Shown piece by piece: positions 14,473 through 22,899 of a DNA stretch of 24,000 bases. A program made the position numbers and the translations under genes. Within the stretch, counting starts at the first letter, position 1, and every line of letters begins with the position of its first letter. Origin of the DNA: Halomonas fontilapidosi. GTDB lineage: Bacteria; Pseudomonadota; Gammaproteobacteria; Pseudomonadales; Halomonadaceae. The notes under the pieces are model-generated. The model worked only from the letters and a program-made list of their open reading frames with translations, ran no database searches and was not told the origin of the DNA. Location: positions 106,098 to 130,097 of the forward strand of contig NZ_JACHXQ010000010.1 of assembly GCF_014192285.1 (NCBI RefSeq). The letters are read 5' to 3'.

Positions 14473-14970
14473 ATGATGCGAATCGGCCACGGCTTCGATG
14501 TTCACCGCTTCGGCGAGGGCGACCACCTGATGGTCGGCGGCGTCGCCATCCCCTTCGATCGCGGCTTCATCGCCCACTCCGACGGCGACGTGCTGCTGCA
14601 TGCGGTCTGTGACGCCCTGCTGGGGGCGTGTGCCCTCGGCGACATCGGCGGCCACTTCCCCGATACCGACCCGGCCTGGGCCGGCGCCGACAGCCGTGGC
14701 TTGCTGCGCCACGTCGCCGGGCTGGTGGGCGAGGCCGGCTACCGGGTCGGCAACCTGGACGCCACGCTGATCGCCCAGGCGCCGAAGATGGCGCCCCATA
14801 TTGGCGTCATGGCCGGATATATCGCCGAGGACCTGGGCGTCGCCCGGGGCGCGGTCAACGTCAAGGCCACCACCACCGAGCGGCTCGGGTTCACCGGCCG
14901 CGGCGAAGGCATCGCCGCCGAGGCAGTGGCGCTGCTGGTGCGCCGCGACGGGGATTCGGCTTGTGAGTGA
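14473..14970 (+). CDS. ispF: 2-C-methyl-D-erythritol 2,4-cyclodiphosphate synthase
   Basis: [12 protein letters not shown]...[22 protein letters not shown]...[12 protein letters not shown] is the canonical IspF sequence. The ORF is 165 aa. The start may be the second ATG, at 14476. Confidence 0.92.
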   Translation: MMRIGHGFDVHRFGEGDHLMVGGVAIPFDRGFIAHSDGDVLLHAVCDALLGACALGDIGGHFPDTDPAWAGADSRGLLRHVAGLVGEAGYRVGNLDATLIAQAPKMAPHIGVMAGYIAEDLGVARGAVNVKATTTERLGFTGRGEGIAAEAVALLVRRDGDSACE

Positions 14971-16078
14971 GATCGGATCATCCGGCGTCCAGGATGCCAT
15001 CGACTGGCCGCCGGCCTGGCCGCGGGGGCTCGAGGAAGCATTCGGCGCACCGCCACCCGGCGACTATCGCGCCGTCCCCGAGGACTTCCGGGTCGAGGAA
15101 GCCCTCGACTTCGCCCCGGAAGGGGAGGGCGAGCACCTCTGGCTGTTCATCGAGAAGCGCGACCTGACCACCGCGATGGTCGCCCGCGAGCTGGCCCGGC
15201 TCTGCGAGGTCTCGTCGCGAGTGGTCGGCTATTCGGGCATGAAGGACCGTGTCGCCGTGACCCGCCAATGGCTCTCCGTGCAGCTGCCCGGCCGCGAGGC
15301 CCCCGAGGGCCTCGCGGCGCGACTCGCCGAGCGGGGGGTACGCGTGCTCGACCAGGCCCGCCATCCGCGCAAGCTTAAGCGTGGCGTGCACCGGGCCAAC
15401 CGCTTCCGCCTGCGGATCACCGGGGCCGCCGTTGCCGACCCGGCGCTCGAGGCGCGCTGGCAGCGTCTGTGCGACGCGGGTGTGGCCAACTATGTCGGCC
15501 CCCAGCGTTTCGGCGCGGACGGGCGCAACCTGCAGCGCGCCCGGGCCGTGCTGGCCCGCGGCTGGCGCAAGCGCGATGACCGCGAGGGCATGCTGCTCTC
15601 CGCGGCCCGCAGCTACCTGTTCAACGAGCTGCTGGCCGCCCGGGTGCGCGACCATAGCTGGACCACACCGCTGCCCGGCGAGGTGGTCATGCTCGACGGC
15701 AGCGCCAGCCAGTTCGACGTTGCGCCCGACGATGCCGCCGAGCTCGCCGGGCTCATCGAGCGGGCCCACCGCCTCGATCTGCACCCCGCCGGGGTGCTGT
15801 GGGGCATCGGCGAGTCGCGCGCCACCGGCGAGGCCCGGGCCTACGAGGCCGCCCTGGCCGCGCGCTACCCGGGCCTGTGCGGCGGGCTGGAGCGCGCCGG
15901 TGTCCGCCTGGCCCGCCGGGCACTGCGGCTGCGCCTGGGCGAGCCGCGGCTGACGCGAGGCGACGGCGAGCTCTGGCTGGCCTTCAGCCTGCCGCGGGGG
16001 GCCTTCGCCACCGCCGTGCTGCGGGAACTGATCTCTCATCCCTCACTAGGGGCCCCGTCCCCCGACAGGAGCCTATGA
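14963..16078 (+). CDS. truD: tRNA pseudouridine(13) synthase TruD
   Basis: The GTG at 14963 overlaps the ispF end by 8 nt. [39 protein letters not shown] parallels E. coli TruD ([32 protein letters not shown]). YSGMKDR contains the catalytic Asp motif. The choice of start is inferred. Confidence 0.85.
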   Translation: MSEIGSSGVQDAIDWPPAWPRGLEEAFGAPPPGDYRAVPEDFRVEEALDFAPEGEGEHLWLFIEKRDLTTAMVARELARLCEVSSRVVGYSGMKDRVAVTRQWLSVQLPGREAPEGLAARLAERGVRVLDQARHPRKLKRGVHRANRFRLRITGAAVADPALEARWQRLCDAGVANYVGPQRFGADGRNLQRARAVLARGWRKRDDREGMLLSAARSYLFNELLAARVRDHSWTTPLPGEVVMLDGSASQFDVAPDDAAELAGLIERAHRLDLHPAGVLWGIGESRATGEARAYEAALAARYPGLCGGLERAGVRLARRALRLRLGEPRLTRGDGELWLAFSLPRGAFATAVLRELISHPSLGAPSPDRSL

Positions 16079-16824
16079 TGCGTCGACTGCTGCTCTCCAA
16101 TGACGACGGGGTGCACGCCCCGGGGCTGCGCGCCCTCCACGATGCCCTGCTGCCCCATGCGCGGCTGCGCGTTGTCGCACCGGATCGCGACAAGAGCGGG
16201 GCCAGCAACTCGCTCACGCTGAGCCGGCCGCTGGCGCTCTCCTCGCTCGACAATGGCTTCTACAGCGTTGACGGTACGCCGGCGGACTGTGTCTACCTGG
16301 GGGTCAACGGCGTCTGGGACGAACGTCCCGACCTGGTGATATCGGGCATCAATCATGGCGGCAACCTCGGTGACGACGTGCTCTACTCCGGCACCGTGGC
16401 CGCGGCCATGGAGGGGCGCAACCTGGGCATGGCGGCCATCGCCATGTCGCTGGTGGGCTCGCACCATTTCGAGACCGCCGGACGGGTGGCGGCGAGCCTG
16501 GTCGGGGCAGCCGACCAGCTTTCGCTGCCGCCGCGCAGCCTGCTCAACGTCAATGTGCCGGACCTGCCGTGGAGCGAGATTCAGGGCTTTCGGGTGACCC
16601 GGCTGGGCTATCGCGGCCCGGCGGCCCGTCCCCTGGAAGTCCGCGACCCGCGCGGCCGGCTGCGCTACTGGATCGCTGCGGTGGGCGAGAATGCCGACGA
16701 CGGTCCGGACACCGACTTCGCCGCCGTGGAAGCGGGCTTTGTTTCCATCACGCCGCTGCAGACCGACCTGACACGGCATGCAGCGCGCGACGACGTGCAG
16801 GGCTGGCTGGATGCACTCACCTGA
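16075..16824 (+). CDS. surE: 5'/3'-nucleotidase SurE
   Basis: The ATG at 16075 overlaps the truD TGA (ATGA), and an ACAGGAG Shine-Dalgarno lies upstream. [21 protein letters not shown]...[25 protein letters not shown] is the canonical SurE sequence. Confidence 0.9.
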   Translation: MMRRLLLSNDDGVHAPGLRALHDALLPHARLRVVAPDRDKSGASNSLTLSRPLALSSLDNGFYSVDGTPADCVYLGVNGVWDERPDLVISGINHGGNLGDDVLYSGTVAAAMEGRNLGMAAIAMSLVGSHHFETAGRVAASLVGAADQLSLPPRSLLNVNVPDLPWSEIQGFRVTRLGYRGPAARPLEVRDPRGRLRYWIAAVGENADDGPDTDFAAVEAGFVSITPLQTDLTRHAARDDVQGWLDALT

Positions 16825-16855
16825 ACGTCTGGCAGAGCTGCTGCGCGGTGTTGGC

Positions 16856-17491
16856 ATGACATCACAGCGCACCCGCGATCGCATGGTCGGCCGTCTGGCC
16901 GATCAGGGCATCCGCGATCAACGCGTGCTGGAGGTGATGGCCCGCGAGCCGCGTCATCTGTTCCTCGACGAAGCCCTGGCGCATCGCGCCTACGAGGACA
17001 CCTCGTTGCCCATCGGCCATGGCCAGACCCTCTCCCAGCCATGGATGGTGGCGCGGATGACCGAGTTGGTGATCCAGGAAGCGCCGTCGCGTGTGCTGGA
17101 GGTGGGGACCGGTTCCGGCTACCAGACTCTCGTGCTGTCGCGCCTGGTAAAGGAACTCTGGTCGGTGGAACGGATCAATGCCCTGCATCGTCGCGCCGGC
17201 GGTCGCTTGCGCCTGCTCGAGGTCCACAATGCCCGGCTACGCCTGGCCGACGGCGGGCACGGCTGGCCGGAAGACGCGCCCTTCGAGGTGATCCTGCTGA
17301 CGGCCTGTGCCAGTGAGCTGCCCGCCCCGCTGCTCGCCCAACTCGGCGAGGGAGGGGTGTTGATCACGCCGCTGGCCGGCCCGGATGGCCGGCAATGGCT
17401 GACTCGGGTGCGGCGCAGTGGCGACGACGTCGAGACACAGCGGCTGGAGGCGGTGCGGTTCGTGCCGTTGCTGGAAGGCGTCATTCGTTGA
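16856..17491 (+). CDS. pcm: Protein-L-isoaspartate O-methyltransferase
   Basis: The start is set at MTSQRTRDRMVGRL..., the same N-terminus type as Pseudomonas Pcm as I recall it. Supporting motifs are LPIGHGQTLSQPWMVARMTEL and the SAM-binding VLEVGTGSGYQT. Confidence 0.9.
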   Translation: MTSQRTRDRMVGRLADQGIRDQRVLEVMAREPRHLFLDEALAHRAYEDTSLPIGHGQTLSQPWMVARMTELVIQEAPSRVLEVGTGSGYQTLVLSRLVKELWSVERINALHRRAGGRLRLLEVHNARLRLADGGHGWPEDAPFEVILLTACASELPAPLLAQLGEGGVLITPLAGPDGRQWLTRVRRSGDDVETQRLEAVRFVPLLEGVIR

Positions 17492-17521
17492 GAGACGTCA
17501 TTTTTTGAAAGGAGTCCGCTG

Positions 17522-18493
17522 TTGAAGCGTCATCTCGGTATCTTTCTCAGGGGGGCGGGCATGGGGGCCGCCGATGCGGTACCCGGCGTATCGGGCGGAA
17601 CCATCGCCTTCGTCACCGGCATCTACGAGGAGTTGATCCACAGCATCAAGCAGTTCGGCCCCAGCGCCTATGTCGCCTGGCGTCGCGGTGGTCTGCCGCT
17701 ACTGGTGGCGCATCTCAACCTGACCTTCGTGCTGCCGCTGCTGGCCGGCATCGCCATCAGCCTGATCAGCGTGGCCCATCTGGTCGTCTGGCTGCTGGAT
17801 GATTTCCCCCTGATGCTCGACGGGTTCTTTTTCGGCCTGGTGGCCGCCTCGGCGGTGGTCGTCAGCCGTCACCCGGCGGACTGGCAATGGTGGCATCTGC
17901 TGCCGCTCGTCGGCGGTTTGCTGCTCGCCCATGGCCTGCCGTCGCTGATGCCGCTGGTCAGCCAGCTAGGCAGTCCCGATCTGGTGCTGGTGGTCGGCGG
18001 GGCGATCGCCATCAGTGCCCTGCTGCTGCCCGGTGTCTCAGGGAGTTTCCTGCTGCTGACCATGGGTCTCTACGGCACGGTAATGCAGGGCATCCGCGGT
18101 TTCGACCTGGGGCTGATCGGGCTGTTCGGGGTAGGCTGCCTGATTGGCTTGTTCGGCTTCTCGCGGCTGCTTTCCTGGCTGCTGCGCCACTACCATACGG
18201 CGACCCTGCAACTGCTGGTCGGCTTCATCATCGGCTCGCTGCCGGTACTCTGGCCGTGGCGGGAACTGGTACGCTATCAACTGGGTACAGAGGGCCAGAT
18301 GATTCCCCTCGACTACCGTTACTTGACCCCGGCCGACTTCGCGGAACTGACCGGTGAGCCTGCCCGGCTGCCGGCAGTGGTGGCCCTGATGCTGGTCGGG
18401 GCGGCCCTGGTACTGCTGATCGGCCGGGCCAATCGGGCAGCGACACCCGGTTCCCGACAAGGTGCTGACAAGGAGGAAGGCTCCGATGCATAA
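17522..18493 (+). CDS. DUF368 family polytopic inner-membrane protein
   Basis: A TTG start is preceded by an AAGGAG Shine-Dalgarno 7 nt upstream. The N-terminal signature FLRGAGMGAADAVPGVSGGTIAFVTGIYEEL is repeated internally (LLLPGVSGSFLLLTMGLYG), as is typical of DUF368. There are about 8 hydrophobic segments. Confidence 0.7.
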   Translation: MKRHLGIFLRGAGMGAADAVPGVSGGTIAFVTGIYEELIHSIKQFGPSAYVAWRRGGLPLLVAHLNLTFVLPLLAGIAISLISVAHLVVWLLDDFPLMLDGFFFGLVAASAVVVSRHPADWQWWHLLPLVGGLLLAHGLPSLMPLVSQLGSPDLVLVVGGAIAISALLLPGVSGSFLLLTMGLYGTVMQGIRGFDLGLIGLFGVGCLIGLFGFSRLLSWLLRHYHTATLQLLVGFIIGSLPVLWPWRELVRYQLGTEGQMIPLDYRYLTPADFAELTGEPARLPAVVALMLVGAALVLLIGRANRAATPGSRQGADKEEGSDA

Positions 18494-19682
18494 GGTATTT
18501 CTGATTTCTGGCCTGGCCCTGGCGCTGGCCGGCTGCGCCGCCCAGCAGGGCGAGAGCGGGCCGGTTCAGGTCCGCGACCTGTCGGCCAGTCGGGCGGACA
18601 CCACGCCCGCCGAATACACCGTTCAAGCCGGCGATACGCTCTACGGCATCGCCTGGCGCCATGACATGGACTATCGCGACCTGGCCCGCCTCAATCGCAT
18701 CGGTCCGCCCTACCGCATCGAGCCCGGCCAGCGGCTGCAGTTGGGTGGCGAGGGGAGTGCCACCATGGCCTCCGCTCGAGATGGCGGCGAGAGTGGATCC
18801 GGCCAGAGCGCGTCCGGTGAGCGCGGCGTCGTGGCCACCGGTCTTGGTGGCGGGACGTCGGCGAGCGACGAGGAGCTCGACTGGTTGCTGCCCGACGAGA
18901 GCGCCATCGAGCGCAACCGGCGCCTCTCGACCGAGCGCCAGGAGGACGATGACTCGCCCCAGGCGCCCAGCCAGGCGGCCATGGAGAGTGCCGATGACGT
19001 CTCGGGCAGCGATCAGGGGCCGGGGCCGATCTACAGCTACGACAGCCCGGGAGCGGACGGCAGCCTGAGCGAGCGCGACCTGGCCGAACGCCGGGAACGG
19101 GCATCACGCGCGGAGGAGGAGGGGTCGCAGGCCGCCGACGCGGCGACACGCAGCGGTCCCCCAGCGGACAGCGCGGCAGCCGAGGACGAGGCCGCCCAGG
19201 TCGAACGGGCATCGACGCAAGAGGACGCCGCTGGCGCCGATGCCGGTACCTCGGTGGCCGGTCAGCCGGCCTCCGAACAGCGCGGCGAGCGTCGCTATAC
19301 CCCGGTGGACGAAGTGGCCTGGCAGTGGCCGGTCGAGGGTGACGTGATCGGCCAGTTCGGCGAGGGCGGGAGCATCACCGCCGGCATTGATATCGCCGGA
19401 CAAAAGGGGCAACCTGTCAAGGCAGCTGGCCCAGGCATCGTGGTCTATGCGGGTAGCGGCGTCAGGGGCTATGGCAACCTGATCCTGCTCAAGCACAACA
19501 ACCAGTTCCTGAGTGCCTATGCCCACAACGAGACCCTGAACGTCAAGGAAAATGATGTGGTCGAGGCCGGTGAGGTCATCGCCACCATGGGCGACAGCGA
19601 TGCCGAGGACGTCAGGCTGCACTTCGAGGTGCGCAAGGATGGCCAGCCCCAAAATCCCCTCGAGTTTCTGCCGGCCCGCTGA
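18486..19682 (+). CDS. nlpD: Murein hydrolase activator NlpD (lipoprotein; LysM plus degenerate M23 domain)
   Basis: The start at 18486 (AAGGAGG Shine-Dalgarno upstream) gives MHKVFLISGLALALAGC with the lipobox LAGC. The LysM domain is YTVQAGDTLYGIAWRHDMDYRDLARLNRI. The C-terminal M23/LytM fold is GIDIAGQKGQPVKAAGPGIVVYAG...LHFEVRKDGQPQNPLEFL. It lies immediately upstream of rpoS, as in other gammaproteobacteria. Confidence 0.88.
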   Translation: MHKVFLISGLALALAGCAAQQGESGPVQVRDLSASRADTTPAEYTVQAGDTLYGIAWRHDMDYRDLARLNRIGPPYRIEPGQRLQLGGEGSATMASARDGGESGSGQSASGERGVVATGLGGGTSASDEELDWLLPDESAIERNRRLSTERQEDDDSPQAPSQAAMESADDVSGSDQGPGPIYSYDSPGADGSLSERDLAERRERASRAEEEGSQAADAATRSGPPADSAAAEDEAAQVERASTQEDAAGADAGTSVAGQPASEQRGERRYTPVDEVAWQWPVEGDVIGQFGEGGSITAGIDIAGQKGQPVKAAGPGIVVYAGSGVRGYGNLILLKHNNQFLSAYAHNETLNVKENDVVEAGEVIATMGDSDAEDVRLHFEVRKDGQPQNPLEFLPAR

Positions 19683-19803
19683 CCCTAAGGGTCAGCCAGT
19701 CGCCGAGGCAGGAGAAATGGGGTAACCATACAATAATAACGTCGCGCGTCGGTCGTCCGGCCTGGACTCACGACGCCTGGTCGCAACCATGGGGTAGCAA
19801 TTG

Positions 19804-20817
19804 ATGAGCATGCTTGAACGGGATCTTCAGGATGTGAATCTGGCATCCGCCGACGAGGCGGACGAGGATGCCGCCGAGACCGAGAACGAGCTGGAACGGG
19901 AGGATATCGAGGAAGAGGAGACGGTCGTCGGCGATGAGGAAGCCTTCGAGAAAGCGCTGAATCGCGAGGACCGCCATCAACGTCACAGCCTCGATGCCAC
20001 CCAGATCTACCTCAACGAGATTGGTTTTTCGCCGCTGCTGACGCCGGAAGAAGAGGTCCACTATGGCCGACTGGCGCGGCAGGGAGACCCGGCCGGCCGG
20101 GCAAGAATGATCGAGTCCAACCTGCGTCTGGTGGTGAAGATCGCCCGGCGCTACCTCAACCGTGGCCTGACACTTCTCGACCTGATCGAGGAGGGTAACC
20201 TGGGCCTGATCCGCGCGGTGGAGAAGTTCGACCCCGAGCGCGGTTTCCGTTTCTCCACCTATGCCACCTGGTGGATCCGCCAGACCATCGAGCGGGCGCT
20301 GATGAACCAGACCCGCACCATCCGGCTGCCGATCCACGTGGTCAAGGAACTCAACATCTACCTGCGGGCCGCTCGTGAGCTGACCCAGAAGCTGGACCAC
20401 GAGGCCACCGCCGAGGAGGTCGCCGACTACCTCGACAAGCCGGTGGAGACCGTCAAGAAGATGATGGGCCTCAACGAGCGGGTCTCCTCCGTCGACTATC
20501 CGATGGGCAGCGAGAGCGACAAGCCGCTGATCGAGACCCTGGCCGACGACAATGACCAGGGCCCGGAGTCCACCCTGGTCGACGGCGACGTGCGCCAGCA
20601 TGTCGATGAGTGGCTGGCCGAGCTCACCGAGAAGCAGATGGAAGTGGTGGTGCGTCGCTTCGGCCTGCGTGGCCACGAGGCCGCGACCCTAGAGCAGGTC
20701 GGCGAGGAGATCGGCCTGACGCGCGAGCGTGTCCGCCAAATCCAGGTGGAAGCGCTCAAGAAGCTGCGTCGCATGCTCGACAAGCAGGGCCTCTCGCTGG
20801 ATGCCATCTTCGAGTAA
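19804..20817 (+). CDS. rpoS: RNA polymerase sigma factor RpoS (sigma-38)
   Basis: The sequence is near-identical to my recollection of E. coli RpoS over regions 2-4: [86 protein letters not shown] and [19 protein letters not shown] use the ATG at 19804; the track starts at the adjacent TTG at 19801. Confidence 0.95.
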   Translation: MSMLERDLQDVNLASADEADEDAAETENELEREDIEEEETVVGDEEAFEKALNREDRHQRHSLDATQIYLNEIGFSPLLTPEEEVHYGRLARQGDPAGRARMIESNLRLVVKIARRYLNRGLTLLDLIEEGNLGLIRAVEKFDPERGFRFSTYATWWIRQTIERALMNQTRTIRLPIHVVKELNIYLRAARELTQKLDHEATAEEVADYLDKPVETVKKMMGLNERVSSVDYPMGSESDKPLIETLADDNDQGPESTLVDGDVRQHVDEWLAELTEKQMEVVVRRFGLRGHEAATLEQVGEEIGLTRERVRQIQVEALKKLRRMLDKQGLSLDAIFE

Positions 20818-20830
20818 GGAACCCGCCGGC

Positions 20831-21934
20831 ATGACTCGGCCGCTGATCGCCGATATCGACCTAGACGCCCTGCGTCACAATTACCGCCTGGCCCGTGACC
20901 AGGCCCCCCACAGCCGCGCCGTTGCCGTGATCAAGGCCGATGCCTACGGCCATGGCGCGGTGGCCTGCGCCCGGGCGCTCGAGAGGCTGGCGCCGGCGTT
21001 TGCCGTGGCCTGCCTCGAGGAAGCCGAGGTCCTGCGCGAGGGCGGCATCACGGCGCCCATCGTGCTGCTCGAGGGCATCTTCGAGGCCGCCGAGCTGGAG
21101 CGGGTCGAGGCGCTGAAGCTATGGATGGCGGTACACGCCGACTGGCAGTTGGAGGCGCTGCTCGCCTATCGTCCCGCGCGGCCCATTCCGGTGTGGGTCA
21201 AGGTGGATTCGGGCATGCACCGGTTGGGCTTCCCGCCGGAACAGGCCGAGGCGGTCTGGTCGCGCCTCGTCGCGGCCCCCGACCGCGCCTGCGACTTGCA
21301 CCTGATGAGCCACTTCGCGACCGCCGATGCCCTGGAGTCGGGCTACTTTCGCCGTCAGCTCGAGCTGCTTGATGACCTGGCAAGTCGGCTCGAGGCCCCC
21401 ACCTGCCTCGCCAACTCGCCCGCCACCCTGGCCTGGCCCGAGGCGCATGGCGCCTGGAACCGCCCGGGAGTGATGCTCTACGGCAGCGACCCGCTGGAGG
21501 CCTCCAACGAGGCCAGCCGTCGGCTGGCGCCGGTCATGACCCTGCGCTCCGAGATCATCGCCGTACGCGAGCTCGCGGCAGGCGAGCCGGTGGGCTATGC
21601 TGGGCGCTGGCGGACGCCACGCCCCTCGCGGATTGGCGTGGTCGCCTGTGGCTATGGTGATGGCTATGATCGGCACGCGGTCGACGGTACCCCGGTGATG
21701 GTCAATGGTCAGCGCGCCAGCCTTGCCGGCAAGGTTTCCATGGACATGCTCACGGTGGATATCACCGAGATCCCCGAGGCCGAGATTGGCAGTGAAGTCG
21801 TGCTCTGGGGGCGCGCCGCGAACGGCCAGATTCTCCCGGTGGACGAGGTGGCCCGCCATTGCGGCACCATCAGCTACACCCTGCTCACCGGGGTGCTGCC
21901 AAGGGTGCCCAGGCGCTACCATGGGGCACACTGA
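20831..21934 (+). CDS. alr: Alanine racemase
   Basis: The start is the ATG at 20831. The PLP-Lys motif is AVIKADAYGHGAV. The C-terminal motifs GYGDGY, VSMDMLTVD and ISYTLLTGV...RVPRRY are typical of Alr/DadX. Alr and DadX cannot be told apart here. Confidence 0.88.
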   Translation: MTRPLIADIDLDALRHNYRLARDQAPHSRAVAVIKADAYGHGAVACARALERLAPAFAVACLEEAEVLREGGITAPIVLLEGIFEAAELERVEALKLWMAVHADWQLEALLAYRPARPIPVWVKVDSGMHRLGFPPEQAEAVWSRLVAAPDRACDLHLMSHFATADALESGYFRRQLELLDDLASRLEAPTCLANSPATLAWPEAHGAWNRPGVMLYGSDPLEASNEASRRLAPVMTLRSEIIAVRELAAGEPVGYAGRWRTPRPSRIGVVACGYGDGYDRHAVDGTPVMVNGQRASLAGKVSMDMLTVDITEIPEAEIGSEVVLWGRAANGQILPVDEVARHCGTISYTLLTGVLPRVPRRYHGAH

Positions 21935-21956
21935 TCGCCGCAGCACGGGAAGCCGC

Positions 21957-22874
21957 ATGACCCGGGACGAGTCCCCTCAGCCCAATTTCGCCCATCCACG
22001 CTACTGGCCGGTATGGCTAGCCATCGGTGCCATGTATGTCGCCGCCTGGCTGCCCTGGCGTCTCAAGCTCTGGATCGGAAAGCTGATCGGCCTGGCCGCC
22101 TGGCGCTTCGCGAAGCGCCGGCGCCACATCACCGAGACCAATATCCGTCTGTGCTTTCCCGAGTTGGACGAGGCGCAGCAGGCCAGGCTGGTGCGCGAGA
22201 CCTTTATCGCCAACGGTATCGGCATTATGGAGACCGCCACCGGCTGGTGTCGCGATCCAGAGCATCTGCGCCACCGCGTCACCTTCAAGGGCCAGCAGCA
22301 CATGGCCAGGGTGCAGGCCGAGGGCAGGGGGGCGCTGATCATCGGGGTGCACTTCTCGACCCTGGACCTGGGGGCCGCCCTGCATGCGCTCTACTTCCGC
22401 GCCGACGCCGTGCAGCGTCCCCACGACAACCCGGTCTTCGACCGCTTCATGGCCCGCGCTCGGGCCCCCTACTTTGATGAGGTCCTCGACCGTCACGATC
22501 TGCGCGGCGTGGTGCGTCGTATCAAGGCCGGTTATGCGGTCTGGTACTCCCCGGACCAGGACTTCGGCCGCGACGTCAGCGTCTTCGCCCCCTTCTTCGG
22601 TATCGACGCCGCCTCCATCAAGCTCACTGCCAAGATCGCCCGCATGACCGGGGCTCCCGTCATGCCGCTGATCTTCCACCGCAATCCGGACAACCGCACC
22701 TACACCCTGGAGTATCTGCCGCCGCTGGAAGACTTCCCCAGTGGCGACGAACTGGCCGATGCGACACGGGTGAATGCCGTCATCGAACAGGCGATTCGCA
22801 AGCATCCGGAGCAGTACCTCTGGCTGCATCGCCGCTTCAAGACCCGCCCCCAAGGCGAACCCAAGCTCTACTGA
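21957..22874 (+). CDS. lpxL: Lipid A biosynthesis lauroyl/myristoyl acyltransferase (LpxL/HtrB family)
   Basis: The start is the ATG at 21957. FAHPRYWPVWLAIGAMYVAAWLPWRL...FAKRRRHITETNIRLCFPELDEAQ parallels E. coli LpxL (LLHPRYWLTWLGIG...[24 protein letters not shown]). Later motifs include HFSTLDLG and YSPDQD. Confidence 0.82.
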   Translation: MTRDESPQPNFAHPRYWPVWLAIGAMYVAAWLPWRLKLWIGKLIGLAAWRFAKRRRHITETNIRLCFPELDEAQQARLVRETFIANGIGIMETATGWCRDPEHLRHRVTFKGQQHMARVQAEGRGALIIGVHFSTLDLGAALHALYFRADAVQRPHDNPVFDRFMARARAPYFDEVLDRHDLRGVVRRIKAGYAVWYSPDQDFGRDVSVFAPFFGIDAASIKLTAKIARMTGAPVMPLIFHRNPDNRTYTLEYLPPLEDFPSGDELADATRVNAVIEQAIRKHPEQYLWLHRRFKTRPQGEPKLY

Positions 22875-22899
22875 CGCCGGCTGGCCGCGATCAGGCCGG

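Noticed and set aside
13300-15000. A 566-aa minus-strand ORF, plus the 13269..14015 and 13315..14454 upstream extensions.
   Set aside because: It is antisense to, or out of frame with, ftsB, ispD and ispF, which all carry canonical motifs. The N-terminal extension of the 13315 frame overlaps ftsB and has no ribosome-binding site. ispD starts at the GTG at 13699.
14978-16039. A 353-aa minus-strand ORF. Similar long minus-strand ORFs occur at 16036..16884, 19768..20676, 21119..21958 and 22017..23027.
   Set aside because: All are antisense shadows of confidently identified plus-strand genes (truD, surE, rpoS, alr, lpxL). None has a recognisable motif.
19679-19695. A hairpin, CTGACCC-taa-GGGTCAG, overlapping the nlpD stop codon, considered as a possible terminator before rpoS.
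   Set aside because: It has only a 7-bp stem and a 3-nt loop, with no downstream U-tract. nlpD-rpoS read-through transcription is the norm.
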